DNA from: an uncultured delta proteobacterium
GTDB taxonomy: Bacteria; Desulfobacterota; Binatia; Binatales; Binataceae
Length of the DNA: 64,000 nucleotides
Reading direction: 5' to 3'
Assembly (NCBI GenBank): GCA_963842085.1
Contig: CAWJET010000001.1
Coordinates: 2,880,001-2,944,000, forward strand
The notes beneath the pieces were generated by a model. The model had not been told where the DNA came from and did not search any database. It saw only the letters and a list, made by a program, of their open reading frames with translations. The translations under genes and the position numbers were made by a program. Each line of letters opens with the position of its first letter. Within the stretch, counting starts at the first letter, position 1. This document shows positions 10,038 through 20,575 of the stretch, one piece after another.

Positions 10038-11246
10038 ATGCGATATTTGATTGGCAGGTACCACGAGATCGCGCTCAAGGGGCGCAATCAGTGGCGATTT
10101 GTCGATCAAGTGAAGCAGAATCTGCGCGATATATTCGGCGACTACCGGCTGGGCAATATGCGCAGCGTCGGGCCGCGCCTGCTGGTGCAATTACCCGAGG
10201 AGCTTAGCGACGAAACCGCAGCTGAGCGCGCGGCCCTGATTTTCGGGCTGCAGAACTTTTCGATCAGCTATTCGACGCCGCGCGATATCGAATCGATCGC
10301 GCGCGAAGCGATCAAACGCGCGACCGGAAGCAAGGCGCGCACTTTTGCGGTGCGGACCAAGCGCGAGGACAAGCGGTTCGCGATGAACTCGGTGGAAATA
10401 GATCGCGCGGTTGGCGGTGAAGTGCAGGAGGCGCTCGGCTTCGACGTCGATTTGAGCGCGCCTGAGCTCACGATATCGATCGAGATAATGAACGACGCCG
10501 CGTACGTGTCGGCCGGCAAGATGCCGGGTGCGGGCGGGTTGCCGGTGGGCGTCACGGGCCGCGGGATGGCGCTGCTTTCGGGAGGGATCGACTCGCCGGT
10601 TGCAGCATATCGAATGATGAGGCGCGGGCTCAGGCTGGACTTCGTACATTTCCACGCGCATCCGATTGTTTCTGCGGCGAGCAAAGAGAAGGCGGCCGAG
10701 CTGGCGGCTCATCTGACGCGATGGCAGGCGCGCTCGACGTTGATGCTGGTGCCGTTCGGGAATTTGCAGCGCGAGATCGTGGCGAACACTCTGCGCCCGC
10801 TGCGCGTGGTGCTGTACCGGCGCTTCATGCTGCGGATCGCGAGTGCGCTTGCGGAGCGGTCGCAGGCCACCGTGCTGGTGACGGGCGAGAGCCTGGGGCA
10901 GGTGGCGTCGCAGACGTTGGAAAACATGGCAGTGATCGAGAAAGCGGCGGCGTTCCCGGTAATGCGGCCGCTGGTCGGGATGGACAAAAACGAGATCATC
11001 GAGCAGGCGCGCCGGCTGGGCACGTTCGAGACGTCGATAATCCCCGACCAGGACTGCTGCACGCTCTTTGTGCCGGCGCATCCCGAGACGCGGGCGCGAA
11101 TCGAGGAAGTCGAGGCGGCGGAATCGCGCTTCGATATTGCGCGGATGATCGAAGAAGCGGTGGCCGCCACCGAAGTCGAGCGGTTCCGGTTTCCGCCGCG
11201 AGCCCCGCAGGCGGCTAGCGCCAGAGCGCGAGAATCGCAGTATTGA
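10038..11246 (+). CDS. thiI: tRNA 4-thiouridine(8) synthase ThiI, no rhodanese domain
   Basis: EIALKGRN, THUMP domain, GGLPVG, PP-loop LLSGGIDSPVA, GESLGQVASQT, RPL, DCC. Confidence 0.95.
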   Translation: MRYLIGRYHEIALKGRNQWRFVDQVKQNLRDIFGDYRLGNMRSVGPRLLVQLPEELSDETAAERAALIFGLQNFSISYSTPRDIESIAREAIKRATGSKARTFAVRTKREDKRFAMNSVEIDRAVGGEVQEALGFDVDLSAPELTISIEIMNDAAYVSAGKMPGAGGLPVGVTGRGMALLSGGIDSPVAAYRMMRRGLRLDFVHFHAHPIVSAASKEKAAELAAHLTRWQARSTLMLVPFGNLQREIVANTLRPLRVVLYRRFMLRIASALAERSQATVLVTGESLGQVASQTLENMAVIEKAAAFPVMRPLVGMDKNEIIEQARRLGTFETSIIPDQDCCTLFVPAHPETRARIEEVEAAESRFDIARMIEEAVAATEVERFRFPPRAPQAASARARESQY

Positions 11247-12447
11247 TCGTCAGTGTGAGCAGCGTGATTGGCACGCCGACACGCAGGTAATCAGCGAAGG
11301 TCAGGTTAATCTTCCGAAGCCGAGCATTCTCGACCACGATCAGATTGGCGAGCGAGCCGACCACCGTAAGATTTCCCGCGTAGGTACTCGCGCTCGCGAT
11401 CAACAGCGCCACCGCGCGGCCGCCACCCAGCATCGGGTAGAGCGGACGGAACAGCAGGACGGCGGGCACGTTGCTCACCAGGTTGGAGAGTATCGCGACG
11501 ACGATCGTCAGCGTGACCGGATGCGTCAACCGCCGAACGCCGATCAGGCGAACCACGTCGGTTTGGAAGCCGGTAGTTTCGAAGCCGGCCACGACGATGA
11601 AGAGTCCGGTGAACATCGCGAGCATGGTCCAGTCGATCAACCGGTACACGCGCTGCGGCTTCACTCGCCGCGTGAACAGCAGGACGACCCCGCCACCCAT
11701 CGCGACCAGGTGCGTGGGATAACCCGCGACGAACATCGCCAACACGCCGAGTGCGGCGAACGACGATTTGATCATCAGCGGGCGGGCGACGCGAATCGTG
11801 CGCGGAGCGGGCATGTTGCTCGCCGGAAGCGGCGCGCCGAGCGATCTTCGGTAAACCGCCGCAATCACAAAAAAATCAATCGCGAGACCAATGATCGCGG
11901 CGGGCGCCAGGTGGAGTGCGAAGCTGGAGTACCCGAGATGGGCGAAACCGGCGACGATCATGTTCTGCGGGTTGCCGGTGATGGTCGCGGCGCTGCCGAT
12001 GTTGCTGGCCGTCGCCAGACCCAGCAGGAGCGGGATCGGATCGACGCCCGCAATTTCGGCCGCGTCGATTATCAGAGGCGTGAGCGCAAGACATACGACA
12101 TCGTTTATGAAAAACGCGGCGAGCAGGCCCGACGCCGCAACGGTCATCGCAAGCATCCCGAAGCCGGACCGCGCGCGGCTGAGCAACGCGCGCGCGAAAA
12201 ACCCAAACGCTCCCGACAGGCGCAGGTTCGCCACGACAATCATCATCCCGAGCAGCAGCGCAATCGTATGGAAGTCGATTGCGTGCTCGGCCGCCGCTTC
12301 GCTGAGCGCGCCAGTCACGACCATCGCGACCGCGCCCGCCAACGCCGCGCCGGTGCGATCGATGCGCAGCCACGGAATTTCGCCGAGCGCTATCACCGCG
12401 TAGGTCAGCGCGAATATGAGGAGGGTCAGGAGGTGGCCAGGAAGCAT
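11215..12447 (-). CDS. ArsB/NhaD (SLC13-like) anion permease
   Basis: Many TM segments; DRTGAAL, FINDVVCL, ASNIGSAATITGNPQN, SNLVSNVPA, GNLTVVGSLAN. Confidence 0.9.
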   Translation of the reverse strand: MLPGHLLTLLIFALTYAVIALGEIPWLRIDRTGAALAGAVAMVVTGALSEAAAEHAIDFHTIALLLGMMIVVANLRLSGAFGFFARALLSRARSGFGMLAMTVAASGLLAAFFINDVVCLALTPLIIDAAEIAGVDPIPLLLGLATASNIGSAATITGNPQNMIVAGFAHLGYSSFALHLAPAAIIGLAIDFFVIAAVYRRSLGAPLPASNMPAPRTIRVARPLMIKSSFAALGVLAMFVAGYPTHLVAMGGGVVLLFTRRVKPQRVYRLIDWTMLAMFTGLFIVVAGFETTGFQTDVVRLIGVRRLTHPVTLTIVVAILSNLVSNVPAVLLFRPLYPMLGGGRAVALLIASASTYAGNLTVVGSLANLIVVENARLRKINLTFADYLRVGVPITLLTLTINTAILALWR

Positions 12448-12515
12448 GGCAGATTAGTCGGGCCGCCAGGGTGTTGGCAGTGTCGGGCTCAAAGGTATAG
12501 TCCCAGAGCATCGAT

Positions 12516-12914
12516 ATGGAAATTCCACTCAAGGTCGTGGAACTCGATCACGTCGTGCTGCGATGCCGCGATCAGGATAAAGCTTACGACTTCTACACGC
12601 GCATCCTGGGGCTTAGCGAAGAGCGGCGCATTGCACAGATTGGATTGATCCAGCTGCGCGCTGGTCGCAGCATGATCGATTTGGTTCCGGCTGGCGGTCC
12701 ACGCGTCGAGACGGGACTCAACGTCGATCACGTATGCATTGCAGTCGAGGCTCGCGACCTGAACGAGGTCGCGCGCTACCTACGCGAACAATCGGTCGAG
12801 GTGATGGGCGAGCCGGCAATGCGTTATGGGGCGCATGGCGCGGGTCTTTCGATCTATGTGAAGGATCCCGAGGGCAACGTCATCGAGCTCAAGCAGATGC
12901 CAACAACGCCGTGA
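12516..12914 (+). CDS. VOC/glyoxalase family protein
   Basis: LDHVVLR, FY..ILG, NVDHVCI, SIYVKDPEGNVIELK. Confidence 0.9.
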   Translation: MEIPLKVVELDHVVLRCRDQDKAYDFYTRILGLSEERRIAQIGLIQLRAGRSMIDLVPAGGPRVETGLNVDHVCIAVEARDLNEVARYLREQSVEVMGEPAMRYGAHGAGLSIYVKDPEGNVIELKQMPTTP

Positions 12915-13085
12915 GCGGCGGATGGGTGGCGGGTCGCCTAGCGCGGCTTTTTTCTGATAAGCAGGACTGTCGGCTACCACGACGGCGGCCAACGGGTGGA
13001 AACTGCCCCTTGGCCGAGCTTGTTTTTGGTGGAAGCGACATTAGAATCGAACCGCTTGCGGTTTGCGCGAAGAGGGATTTCGACG

Positions 13086-14249
13086 ATGACGACAATCAGG
13101 ATTCAGGCCAAGGGCGCGATGCTCGCGGCCGTGACGATTTGCGCGTTGCTGGTGGCTGGATGCCAGGGTCATACGCCGCAGCGCGCGGCTGAGAACTATC
13201 TGGATAACCTGAAACTTTACAATTATCCGGCGGTCTACGAGGCGCTGTCACATCAGGACCAGGTCGATCGCACAATGGATCAGTTCCTGACCGAGATCCC
13301 GATGGCGCCCGATGTAAGCAAGGACTGGTTCAAGGGCATCCTGCGCACTTACGATTACAAGGTCGGCGACACGAAGATGGACGGCGACAAGGCAATAGTC
13401 ACCGTCACGGTGACGCGCCCCGATCTCGCGCTGTGGGAGCGGACGGTCGATGCTTCACTTAGCGGAGACGAGACGCCCGACTCGATCGCGCAAAAGGACT
13501 TGACCAACAACAGCTACCCGAAGGTCACCTACGACGATGACATCGTGATGGTTAATCAGGGCGGTGAATGGCGGCTGTTCGTCGACTTCCCGTTCAAGGA
13601 AAACATCCTCAAGGAACACGCGGCCGCGGTCGATCTCTACCACAAGCACGACTACGACAAGGCGATCGGCGCCTATCAGAAAATTCTCGAGGAACTGGAC
13701 AAGGAGCAGGCGACCGGCACTGCGGGCCTCAAGTTCCAGTATGGGCGCGAGTTGGCGGAAATCCAAAACGCGCAGAAGCAGATCCCCGACGCGCAGGCCT
13801 ACGTCCCTAAGATCGTGCTGACCGATGTGGACATGAAGATGTCAGCGTCGCGAGTGCCGGGAATTTTCGGCAAGATGACCAACAGCGGCGACAAAGCGAT
13901 TGACGAAGTCCAGTTTACGGTCACGTATTACGAGGGCAAAGGGAAAAACAAGAAGGCAGTTTTCTCCGAGGTTCACGAGCCGATCGCGACGCCGCTCGAG
14001 TTCACCAACTTCGGGCGTCCGGTGCTGCCGTTCGTGCCGGGCGAGACGCGCAACTTCGGTTTCCGTCTCACGGCGCCGCCCGAAATCCAGCAAAAGGCGA
14101 CGCCCGACCTGAACGTCACCTCGCTGGTGTTTACGCAATCGGGCGCGCCGCTGCCCAAGCCCCCGACGCCAACGCCGTCGCCGGGAGCTTCGCCCGCCGC
14201 GGCTGCTTCAGCAGCCGCGCCTGCTGCGGCGCCGGCGCCCAAGAACTGA
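13086..14249 (+). CDS. Hypothetical lipoprotein (NTF2-like N-domain, TPR-like helix, FxLYD-like C-domain, Pro/Ala tail)
   Basis: Lipobox LVAGC; GDKAIVTV...GEWRL; GKMTNSGDKAIDEVQFTVTYYE...PGETRNF resembles FxLYD-type Ig domains; domain calls are by eye. Confidence 0.7.
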   Translation: MTTIRIQAKGAMLAAVTICALLVAGCQGHTPQRAAENYLDNLKLYNYPAVYEALSHQDQVDRTMDQFLTEIPMAPDVSKDWFKGILRTYDYKVGDTKMDGDKAIVTVTVTRPDLALWERTVDASLSGDETPDSIAQKDLTNNSYPKVTYDDDIVMVNQGGEWRLFVDFPFKENILKEHAAAVDLYHKHDYDKAIGAYQKILEELDKEQATGTAGLKFQYGRELAEIQNAQKQIPDAQAYVPKIVLTDVDMKMSASRVPGIFGKMTNSGDKAIDEVQFTVTYYEGKGKNKKAVFSEVHEPIATPLEFTNFGRPVLPFVPGETRNFGFRLTAPPEIQQKATPDLNVTSLVFTQSGAPLPKPPTPTPSPGASPAAAASAAAPAAAPAPKN

Positions 14250-14321
14250 CGCGGCGTATCGCCGCGCAAGCCGAACTGCTCCTCGCACCGGTCATCCGGT
14301 GCGAGGCGCAGTTCGGCTATT

Positions 14322-15275
14322 ATGCATATGCGGCGCGGTGAGCGAATTCTCCCGCCGCCGCCCATGACAGCAGTGGCAGTCAAACTCACAATCGCGATCC
14401 CCACGCACAACCGCGCCGCCCTGGTGCGCGACACTCTGGCGAGTGTCGCGTCGCTCGCGATACCGGCGAATGTCGAGGCAGACTGCCTCGTCGTTGACAA
14501 TGGATCGACTGACGATACCGCCGCGACCGTCGATGACTTCGAGCGCGGCGGCGCGCTCCCGATGCGGCGCGTGTTCGAGCCGCGCCTGGGCTCGAGCTTT
14601 GCGCGAAATCGCGCGGTGGACGAAGCTGCGTCGGACTTCATCTTCTTTATCGACGACGACGCAGTGGCCGAGCGCGATTGGGCCGCCGAACTGCTGGAGG
14701 ACATGCGGCGGCGCAATTTGGATGCCGCGTGCGGGATGGTTCTACCGCGCTGGTCGTCGCCGCCGCCCAAGTGGCTCGGGCCGAGCCTGTGGGTCAAGCT
14801 CGCGGTTCACGACCGTCGCACGATCGAGTCGGCGCCAACCTCATCCGCCGAGCGGCTGGATAACTATTTCAGCGCCAATGTCGGATTCAAACGTTCCGCG
14901 TTCGCGCGCTTCGGGAAATTTCGCGAGGACCTCGGCGTGGTCGGCGGCAATCCGATCTCAGGCGAGGACACCGAACTGTTCGCGCGGATATTGGCGCGTG
15001 GCGGGACTATGGGCTTTGCACCGCGCGCGATCGTGCATCACATGATCCCGCCTGAGCGGATGACGCTCGCCTATTTGCGGCGCAAGAGCTTCGCGTTCGG
15101 GATGGGCACCGCGTTTGCCGGACTGCAAAACCACAATCGGCTCGACAAGCTGGTCCGCAACGGCGTGAGAATGGCAGCCGCGGCGATGCGCGGGGATCCG
15201 GAGCGGGCGATCTATCACGAGCTCGAATGCGCCAATTTCCTCGGCTACTGGCGCGGCCGTTTGATCGCGAGATAG
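14322..15275 (+). CDS. Glycosyltransferase family 2
   Basis: IAIPTHNR, VVDNGSTD, ARN, FIDDD, GEDTEL; start may be a downstream ATG. Confidence 0.92.
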   Translation: MHMRRGERILPPPPMTAVAVKLTIAIPTHNRAALVRDTLASVASLAIPANVEADCLVVDNGSTDDTAATVDDFERGGALPMRRVFEPRLGSSFARNRAVDEAASDFIFFIDDDAVAERDWAAELLEDMRRRNLDAACGMVLPRWSSPPPKWLGPSLWVKLAVHDRRTIESAPTSSAERLDNYFSANVGFKRSAFARFGKFREDLGVVGGNPISGEDTELFARILARGGTMGFAPRAIVHHMIPPERMTLAYLRRKSFAFGMGTAFAGLQNHNRLDKLVRNGVRMAAAAMRGDPERAIYHELECANFLGYWRGRLIAR

Positions 15276-15291
15276 CGCCGCAACTGGCCGA

Positions 15292-15702
15292 TCACTTCAC
15301 GTAACTCAACATACGGCGCTTCAAAATCGCCGCGAGATAGGGAATCAGCTCGAGGCTCGCAAGCTCAGCCGGCGTGACCCATCGATGCTCGACGTGCTCG
15401 TCGGGCCGCAACCGCACGTTCTGAAAGACTGTCAGCCGGCACGCGTAGAGCGCCTGCAGATAGGGCTCTGAAACCATGCTGTGCAATCCGAGCAAGCGGT
15501 CGATTGCAACATCGAGCGCGGTTTCCTCCTTCACCTCGCGCAACAGGCAATCCTCAAAACTCTCGCCGAGCGCAAGATGGCCGCCGGGAAGGTCCGAGCT
15601 TCCAGGGCGATACGCCATCACGGGCGCGCGCTTCAGCACGAGCATCCGCCCGCGGCTGGCGACGACGCCGTGGATGCCAACGTAGAATTGCTGCTCGGCC
15701 AT
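15292..15702 (-). CDS. Nudix hydrolase (MutT-like)
   Basis: Nudix box LPGGHLALGESFEDCLLREVKEETAL; start MAEQQFYVG. Confidence 0.85.
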   Translation of the reverse strand: MAEQQFYVGIHGVVASRGRMLVLKRAPVMAYRPGSSDLPGGHLALGESFEDCLLREVKEETALDVAIDRLLGLHSMVSEPYLQALYACRLTVFQNVRLRPDEHVEHRWVTPAELASLELIPYLAAILKRRMLSYVK

Positions 15703-15801
15703 CGTGCTCAAGCTAGCGGTCCGTTCGCCGACGCGCCACTTCCGTGTTTGTCGCAAGCGACTCGCTCGAAGTACGATGCCTACGCCTGGGAGGAAGAGCG
15801 C

Positions 15802-17034
15802 ATGGAAAAATCTGAGTTCTATCGCGACGCGCGGCGCGATTTGACTGGTCCGCTCGACGGCGTCCGCGTGATCGACGCCACCACGAGTTGGGCGGGGCCG
15901 ATGTGCGCGTGCCTCCTGGCCGATCTCGGGGCCGACGTCATCAAGGTCGAGGCACGCGAGGGTGAAGTCGCGCGGCGCATACCGCCGGCGCTGCCCGGCC
16001 ACGAGCAGCAAATCGGCTTCGCGCAGGCAACGGTGAATCGAAACAAGCGCAGTCTGACGCTCGATCTTCGCCGCGACGAAGGCCGCGAGATTTTTCTGAA
16101 ACTTGCGAAGCGCTCCGACGTCATCGTGCAGAATTTTCGTCCCGGGACTTTCGACAAATGGGGCGTCGGTTACGATCACGTTCGCGCCGTGAAGCCCGAA
16201 ATCATCTACGTGTCGATCAGCGGCTACGGGCAATTTGGTCCGATTCACGATCGCGTCGCGTACGATCCACTCGCGCAGGCGATGAGCGGTTTCATTTCAC
16301 TTAACGGCACTCCCGACGGACCCCCGACCAAGGCGCCGACCTGGCTGTGCGACGACCTTGGCGGATTGCACGGTGCGATCGGAGCGCTCGCGGCGCTGCG
16401 GCATCGCGATCGCACGGGCGAAGGGCAGCATATCGACGTCGCGATGCTCGACGCGATGCTGTTTCAGTCCGATGGATACCTGACGCTTGGCGCGATGGAC
16501 CTGGAACTCAAGCGATGGGGCAACGAATTTCCGTTCTCGGTTCCAACCAACACTTACAAGTGTCGCGACGGCGGGCTCGTGATGGCCGGTGTGCTGCTCG
16601 ATACACACTGGAAAGTGATGGCGCGGATGGCGGGGCGCCACGATCTCGCCGACGATGCCGGCTGCTCGACGATTCCAGGCAGGATGAACCATCGGATAGA
16701 GTGCGACGCGATGCTTGCCAAGTGGTGCGAGGCGCGCACCGTTGACCAAGCCGTCAATGAGTGCGCCAAAGAAGGCATCCCGTGCGCGAAGGTGAGAACT
16801 TACGCGGAGGCGGCGCGCGATCCCCACACTCTCGAGCGCGACATGCTCCAGCAGGTGCCGCAGGAAGACGGCAAGCTCGCACCGATCACTGGTCCGGCGG
16901 CGAAGTTCTCGCGCACGCCGACTCGGATACGAAGCGGCGCGCCGGCTCTGGGAGCGCATACGGAAGAAATCCTGGCGGAACTCGGAATCGACGCCGAGGC
17001 GCGCAAGCGCTTGCGCGAGAGCGGCGTCTTCTAG
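15802..17034 (+). CDS. CaiB/BaiF family III CoA-transferase
   Basis: GPLDGVRV, AGP..LLADLGADVIKVE, NRNKRS, NFRPG, catalytic Asp region LCDDLGG, APALGAHT; GGAGG upstream of the ATG. Confidence 0.93.
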   Translation: MEKSEFYRDARRDLTGPLDGVRVIDATTSWAGPMCACLLADLGADVIKVEAREGEVARRIPPALPGHEQQIGFAQATVNRNKRSLTLDLRRDEGREIFLKLAKRSDVIVQNFRPGTFDKWGVGYDHVRAVKPEIIYVSISGYGQFGPIHDRVAYDPLAQAMSGFISLNGTPDGPPTKAPTWLCDDLGGLHGAIGALAALRHRDRTGEGQHIDVAMLDAMLFQSDGYLTLGAMDLELKRWGNEFPFSVPTNTYKCRDGGLVMAGVLLDTHWKVMARMAGRHDLADDAGCSTIPGRMNHRIECDAMLAKWCEARTVDQAVNECAKEGIPCAKVRTYAEAARDPHTLERDMLQQVPQEDGKLAPITGPAAKFSRTPTRIRSGAPALGAHTEEILAELGIDAEARKRLRESGVF

Positions 17035-18596
17035 CGACGGCCCCAGCCGCCGCCGCCGGGCGTCTCGATTCGAATGCGCTCGCCGGCTTTGAGATCGATA
17101 TTCGTTTTGCCGGGGAGCCTGCTTCGTCGCGTGCCGCGAACGAGAATGTTTTTGCCCGTCGCGCCCGGTCCTCCACCGGCAAGGCCGTATGGCGCGATCG
17201 TCCGCCGCTCGGTCAGCAGGCTCACGTTTGAATCGACTAGACACTCGAGTTCGCGAACCAGTCCGTCGCCGCCACGCGCACGCCCGCGGCCGCCCGAGCC
17301 GCGCCGGATTCTATATTCGGTGATCCGCATCGGGTAGTAAGCCTCGAGCGCCTCGATCGGCGTGTTGAGCGTGTTGGTCATGTGAGTGTGGATGCCCGAC
17401 GCTCCGGGCCGGCCGCTCGCGGCGCCCGCGCCGCCGGCGATGGTTTCGTAGTAAGAAAAATACCGGTCGCGAAATCGATCGAAGCCGCCCACCGTAAGAT
17501 TCGACATCGAGCCCGAACTCGCCGCTGGGATGCGATTCGGCGCCGCCTTGGCGAGCGTGCGAAAGAGCACATCGACAATCCGTTGCGAGGTCTCGACGTT
17601 TCCGCCCGCGACCGCTGCCGGAGCCAACGCGTTGACGATCGAACCCGGCGGCGCGATGAGCCTGATTGGCCGCATCAGGCCTTCGTTGGCGGGCACTGCC
17701 TCCGCCGCGAGGCATTTCATGACGTAGAAAGTCGCCGACAGCGTGATCGCGAAATTTGCGTTGACTGAGCCGCGCACCTGCGGCGCGGAGCCGGTGAAAT
17801 CGACGAGCGCCAGACCGCCGCCGATTTTGATCGCGGCGCGAATTGGAATCGGACCCGTGCCGAATCCGTCGTCGTCAAGGAAATCCACCGCTCGGTAGGT
17901 GCCGGGCCGAAGGTCGCCGAGCGCCGCGCTCATCAGGCGCTCCGCGTAATCCTTGAGCCCGTCCATCGCAGCCTCGACCGTTTTGCGCCCCGACGTTTTT
18001 ACGATCGCCCGCAACCGCTCCGCCCCGACCGACAGCGCGGCAATCTGCGCGCGCAGGTCGCCCTCACGCTCCTCGCGAACTCGCGTGTTGGCGAGGAACA
18101 GCGTCATCACGTCGCGAGCGATCTCGCCACCCGTGACAATTTTGACCGGCGGCAATCGGAAACCTTCCTGGTAAATCTCGGTCGCCAGCGCCATCGAGCC
18201 CGGCGCGATTCCGCCGATGTCCGCGTGATGCGCGCGGTTGGCGGCGTAGGCGAACGGGCGGCGTTCGACCCCGATGAACACGGGCGCGACCAGCGTCAAG
18301 TCGGGCAGATGGGTGCCGCCGGCGAACGGATCGTTCAGCGCGGCGACGTCGCCGCGTTCGAGATCGAGGTTCGCGATCGCCGCGCGCACCGAGAGCGGCG
18401 TCGAGCCGAGATGCACCGGAATATGAGCCGCCTGCGCAACCAGCTCGCCGCGTGCGTCGAAAATCGCGCACGAAAAATCGTGCCGCTCCTTGATGTTGGG
18501 CGAAAACGCCGTCTGCCCGAGCACCACGCCCATCTCGTCGGCAATCGCCGCAAGGCGATTGTTCATCACGGCCAGCGTGATTGAATCGAGTTTCAT
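17031..18596 (-). CDS. Hydantoinase B / 5-oxoprolinase beta subunit
   Basis: AFSPNIKERHDFSCA, HIPVHLG, NDPFAGGTHLPD, HHADIGG, YYETIAGG, TPGGGGWG. Confidence 0.93.
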   Translation of the reverse strand: MKLDSITLAVMNNRLAAIADEMGVVLGQTAFSPNIKERHDFSCAIFDARGELVAQAAHIPVHLGSTPLSVRAAIANLDLERGDVAALNDPFAGGTHLPDLTLVAPVFIGVERRPFAYAANRAHHADIGGIAPGSMALATEIYQEGFRLPPVKIVTGGEIARDVMTLFLANTRVREEREGDLRAQIAALSVGAERLRAIVKTSGRKTVEAAMDGLKDYAERLMSAALGDLRPGTYRAVDFLDDDGFGTGPIPIRAAIKIGGGLALVDFTGSAPQVRGSVNANFAITLSATFYVMKCLAAEAVPANEGLMRPIRLIAPPGSIVNALAPAAVAGGNVETSQRIVDVLFRTLAKAAPNRIPAASSGSMSNLTVGGFDRFRDRYFSYYETIAGGAGAASGRPGASGIHTHMTNTLNTPIEALEAYYPMRITEYRIRRGSGGRGRARGGDGLVRELECLVDSNVSLLTERRTIAPYGLAGGGPGATGKNILVRGTRRSRLPGKTNIDLKAGERIRIETPGGGGWGRR

Positions 18597-20575
18597 CGCG
18601 TTGCCTCCAGCTGGAGATTGCCGAAGTCGTCCACGCGCAACGTGAATTCCGGTGCGACGTACGCGGTGGAACTAAGCTCGACAACGACAATCGGCCCGCG
18701 CACGCGCGCACCCGCGCCAAGCGAGTCTCGATCGTAAATCGGGACCGTACGTTCGCGGCCGCCGACCAGCACTCGTCCGTTCGAGACCGGCGCCGGCTTC
18801 CCGGCCTGGCGTGCGATTCGTTTTGGCGGCGCCGCCAATTCCTCGCCCGTTGCGCGGATGCGAAGGTTGACGACTTCGACGGCGGCGCTCGCGGAGGAAT
18901 GGCCGAAAGTTTTGTGATGGGTCGAATGAAAGTCGGCGATGAATCGCGGTGTCAATGCGATTTCGAGTTCGTACGACTGTCCGCGATAGCGCATGTCGGC
19001 CCACAGTTCGTGACGAATCGCGCGCACTCCTTCAGCGGCGAGTTCGGCGCGCGCGCGGCGCACCAGCCCCGAGGCTCGCGCGAGCAGGCCTCGATAGTTC
19101 GGGTCCGTCTCGCGCACCGTGAGCGAATACTCGCGGCCCAGAGGAGCGCTCGACGCTCCCCACGCACACAGCAGTCCTGGATTTCGCGGCATCACGATTC
19201 GCCGGATACCCAAATCCAGCGCCAGCTCGCACGCGTGCATCGGGCCGGCGCCGCCGAACGCGAGCAGCGCGAAGTCGCGCGGATCGTAGCCGCGCTCGAC
19301 TGTGATCACGCGAATCGCACGCTCCATATTCGCGTTGACGACGCGGATGATGCCGCGCGCCGCCGCCGGCAAATTGGTTCTCATCTCGCGCGCGAGCCGT
19401 GACACCGCGCGCTCCGCACGTTCCGGGTAGAGCTTCATCTGGCCGCCGAGGAAGTTCCCCGCGACCAGTCGGCCCGCGACCAGGTCGGCGTCGGTAACGG
19501 TGCACGACTCGCCGCGTCCGTAGCATGCGGGTCCGGGAGCGGCGCCCGCGCTGTCCGGCCCGACCCGGAGCGAACCGCCGGCGTCAAGCCGCGCGATCGA
19601 GCCGCCGCCGGCGCCGACGGTGTGAATGTCGATCACGGGCGTGCGCACCGCGTAGCCGTCGGGATGGCTCAGCGTGCGGATTCGCGCGTGGCGATCGAAC
19701 AGCGACACGTCGGTCGAGGTCCCGCCCATGTCGAACGTGATGAACCGATCGGTGCCGAATGCACGCGCCAGGCTTGCCGCTCCAATCACGCCGGCCGCTG
19801 GACCGGAGAGAATCGTTCGCACCGGTTCTGCGCGCGCGAGCGCGGTGCCGATCGCGCTGCCATTGGATTGCATGACGCGCAGGCGCGCCCCTTCGAGCCG
19901 GCGCTCCAGGGTTTCCAGATGCGACGACATCCGCGGCGCGACGTACGCATTCACCACCGCGGTCGAGAAGCGCTCGTATTCGCGATACTCGGCGAGAATC
20001 CGATGCGAGACCGAGAGCGGCCGGCCCAGGGGCTTGAGCGCGCGCGCGATCGACTCCTCGCCCTTAGGGTTGGCGTACGAATGAAGCAGGCAGACGGCAA
20101 ATGCGTCGGCGCCGCTGCGTGCCGCGAGCCGCCGGATTCGCGCGAGCTCGCCGCGGCTGAGCGACTTGATGACGCTGCCGTTGAACAGCGTGCGCTCGGC
20201 CACTCCAAAGCGCATCGCGCGGGCGACGAGCGGCTCGGGCCGCGACGGCGCCAGCGCGTACAGGTCGTCGCGGTTCTGGCGGCCGATCTCGATCAGGTCC
20301 TCGAACCCGGCGTTGGTAAACAACGCGACGCGCGCGCCTTTCTTCTCGAGCAGCGCGTTGGTCGCAACGGTGGAGCTGTAGGTGACGGACTCCGGCCCCG
20401 CGTCGTTGCCCGCCAGCATCTCGCGCAGGCCGCGGATGACGGCGTCGGCCGGGTCGGCCGGCGTCGAGAGCACTTTGTGCACGCGGATTTCGCTGCCGAT
20501 GATCGCGACGAGGTCGGTGAACGTGCCGCCCGTGTCGATTCCAACCAGTGTTGGGCCGCCGCGCCGCCGGTTCAC
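18593..20575 (-). CDS. Hydantoinase A / 5-oxoprolinase alpha subunit (ATP-binding)
   Basis: GIDTGGTFTD, ATNALLE, EYREYER, SGPAAG, DMGGTSTD, GAGGGS, FGGAGPMH; GTG start overlaps the upstream TGA. Confidence 0.93.
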   Translation of the reverse strand: MNRRRGGPTLVGIDTGGTFTDLVAIIGSEIRVHKVLSTPADPADAVIRGLREMLAGNDAGPESVTYSSTVATNALLEKKGARVALFTNAGFEDLIEIGRQNRDDLYALAPSRPEPLVARAMRFGVAERTLFNGSVIKSLSRGELARIRRLAARSGADAFAVCLLHSYANPKGEESIARALKPLGRPLSVSHRILAEYREYERFSTAVVNAYVAPRMSSHLETLERRLEGARLRVMQSNGSAIGTALARAEPVRTILSGPAAGVIGAASLARAFGTDRFITFDMGGTSTDVSLFDRHARIRTLSHPDGYAVRTPVIDIHTVGAGGGSIARLDAGGSLRVGPDSAGAAPGPACYGRGESCTVTDADLVAGRLVAGNFLGGQMKLYPERAERAVSRLAREMRTNLPAAARGIIRVVNANMERAIRVITVERGYDPRDFALLAFGGAGPMHACELALDLGIRRIVMPRNPGLLCAWGASSAPLGREYSLTVRETDPNYRGLLARASGLVRRARAELAAEGVRAIRHELWADMRYRGQSYELEIALTPRFIADFHSTHHKTFGHSSASAAVEVVNLRIRATGEELAAPPKRIARQAGKPAPVSNGRVLVGGRERTVPIYDRDSLGAGARVRGPIVVVELSSTAYVAPEFTLRVDDFGNLQLEATR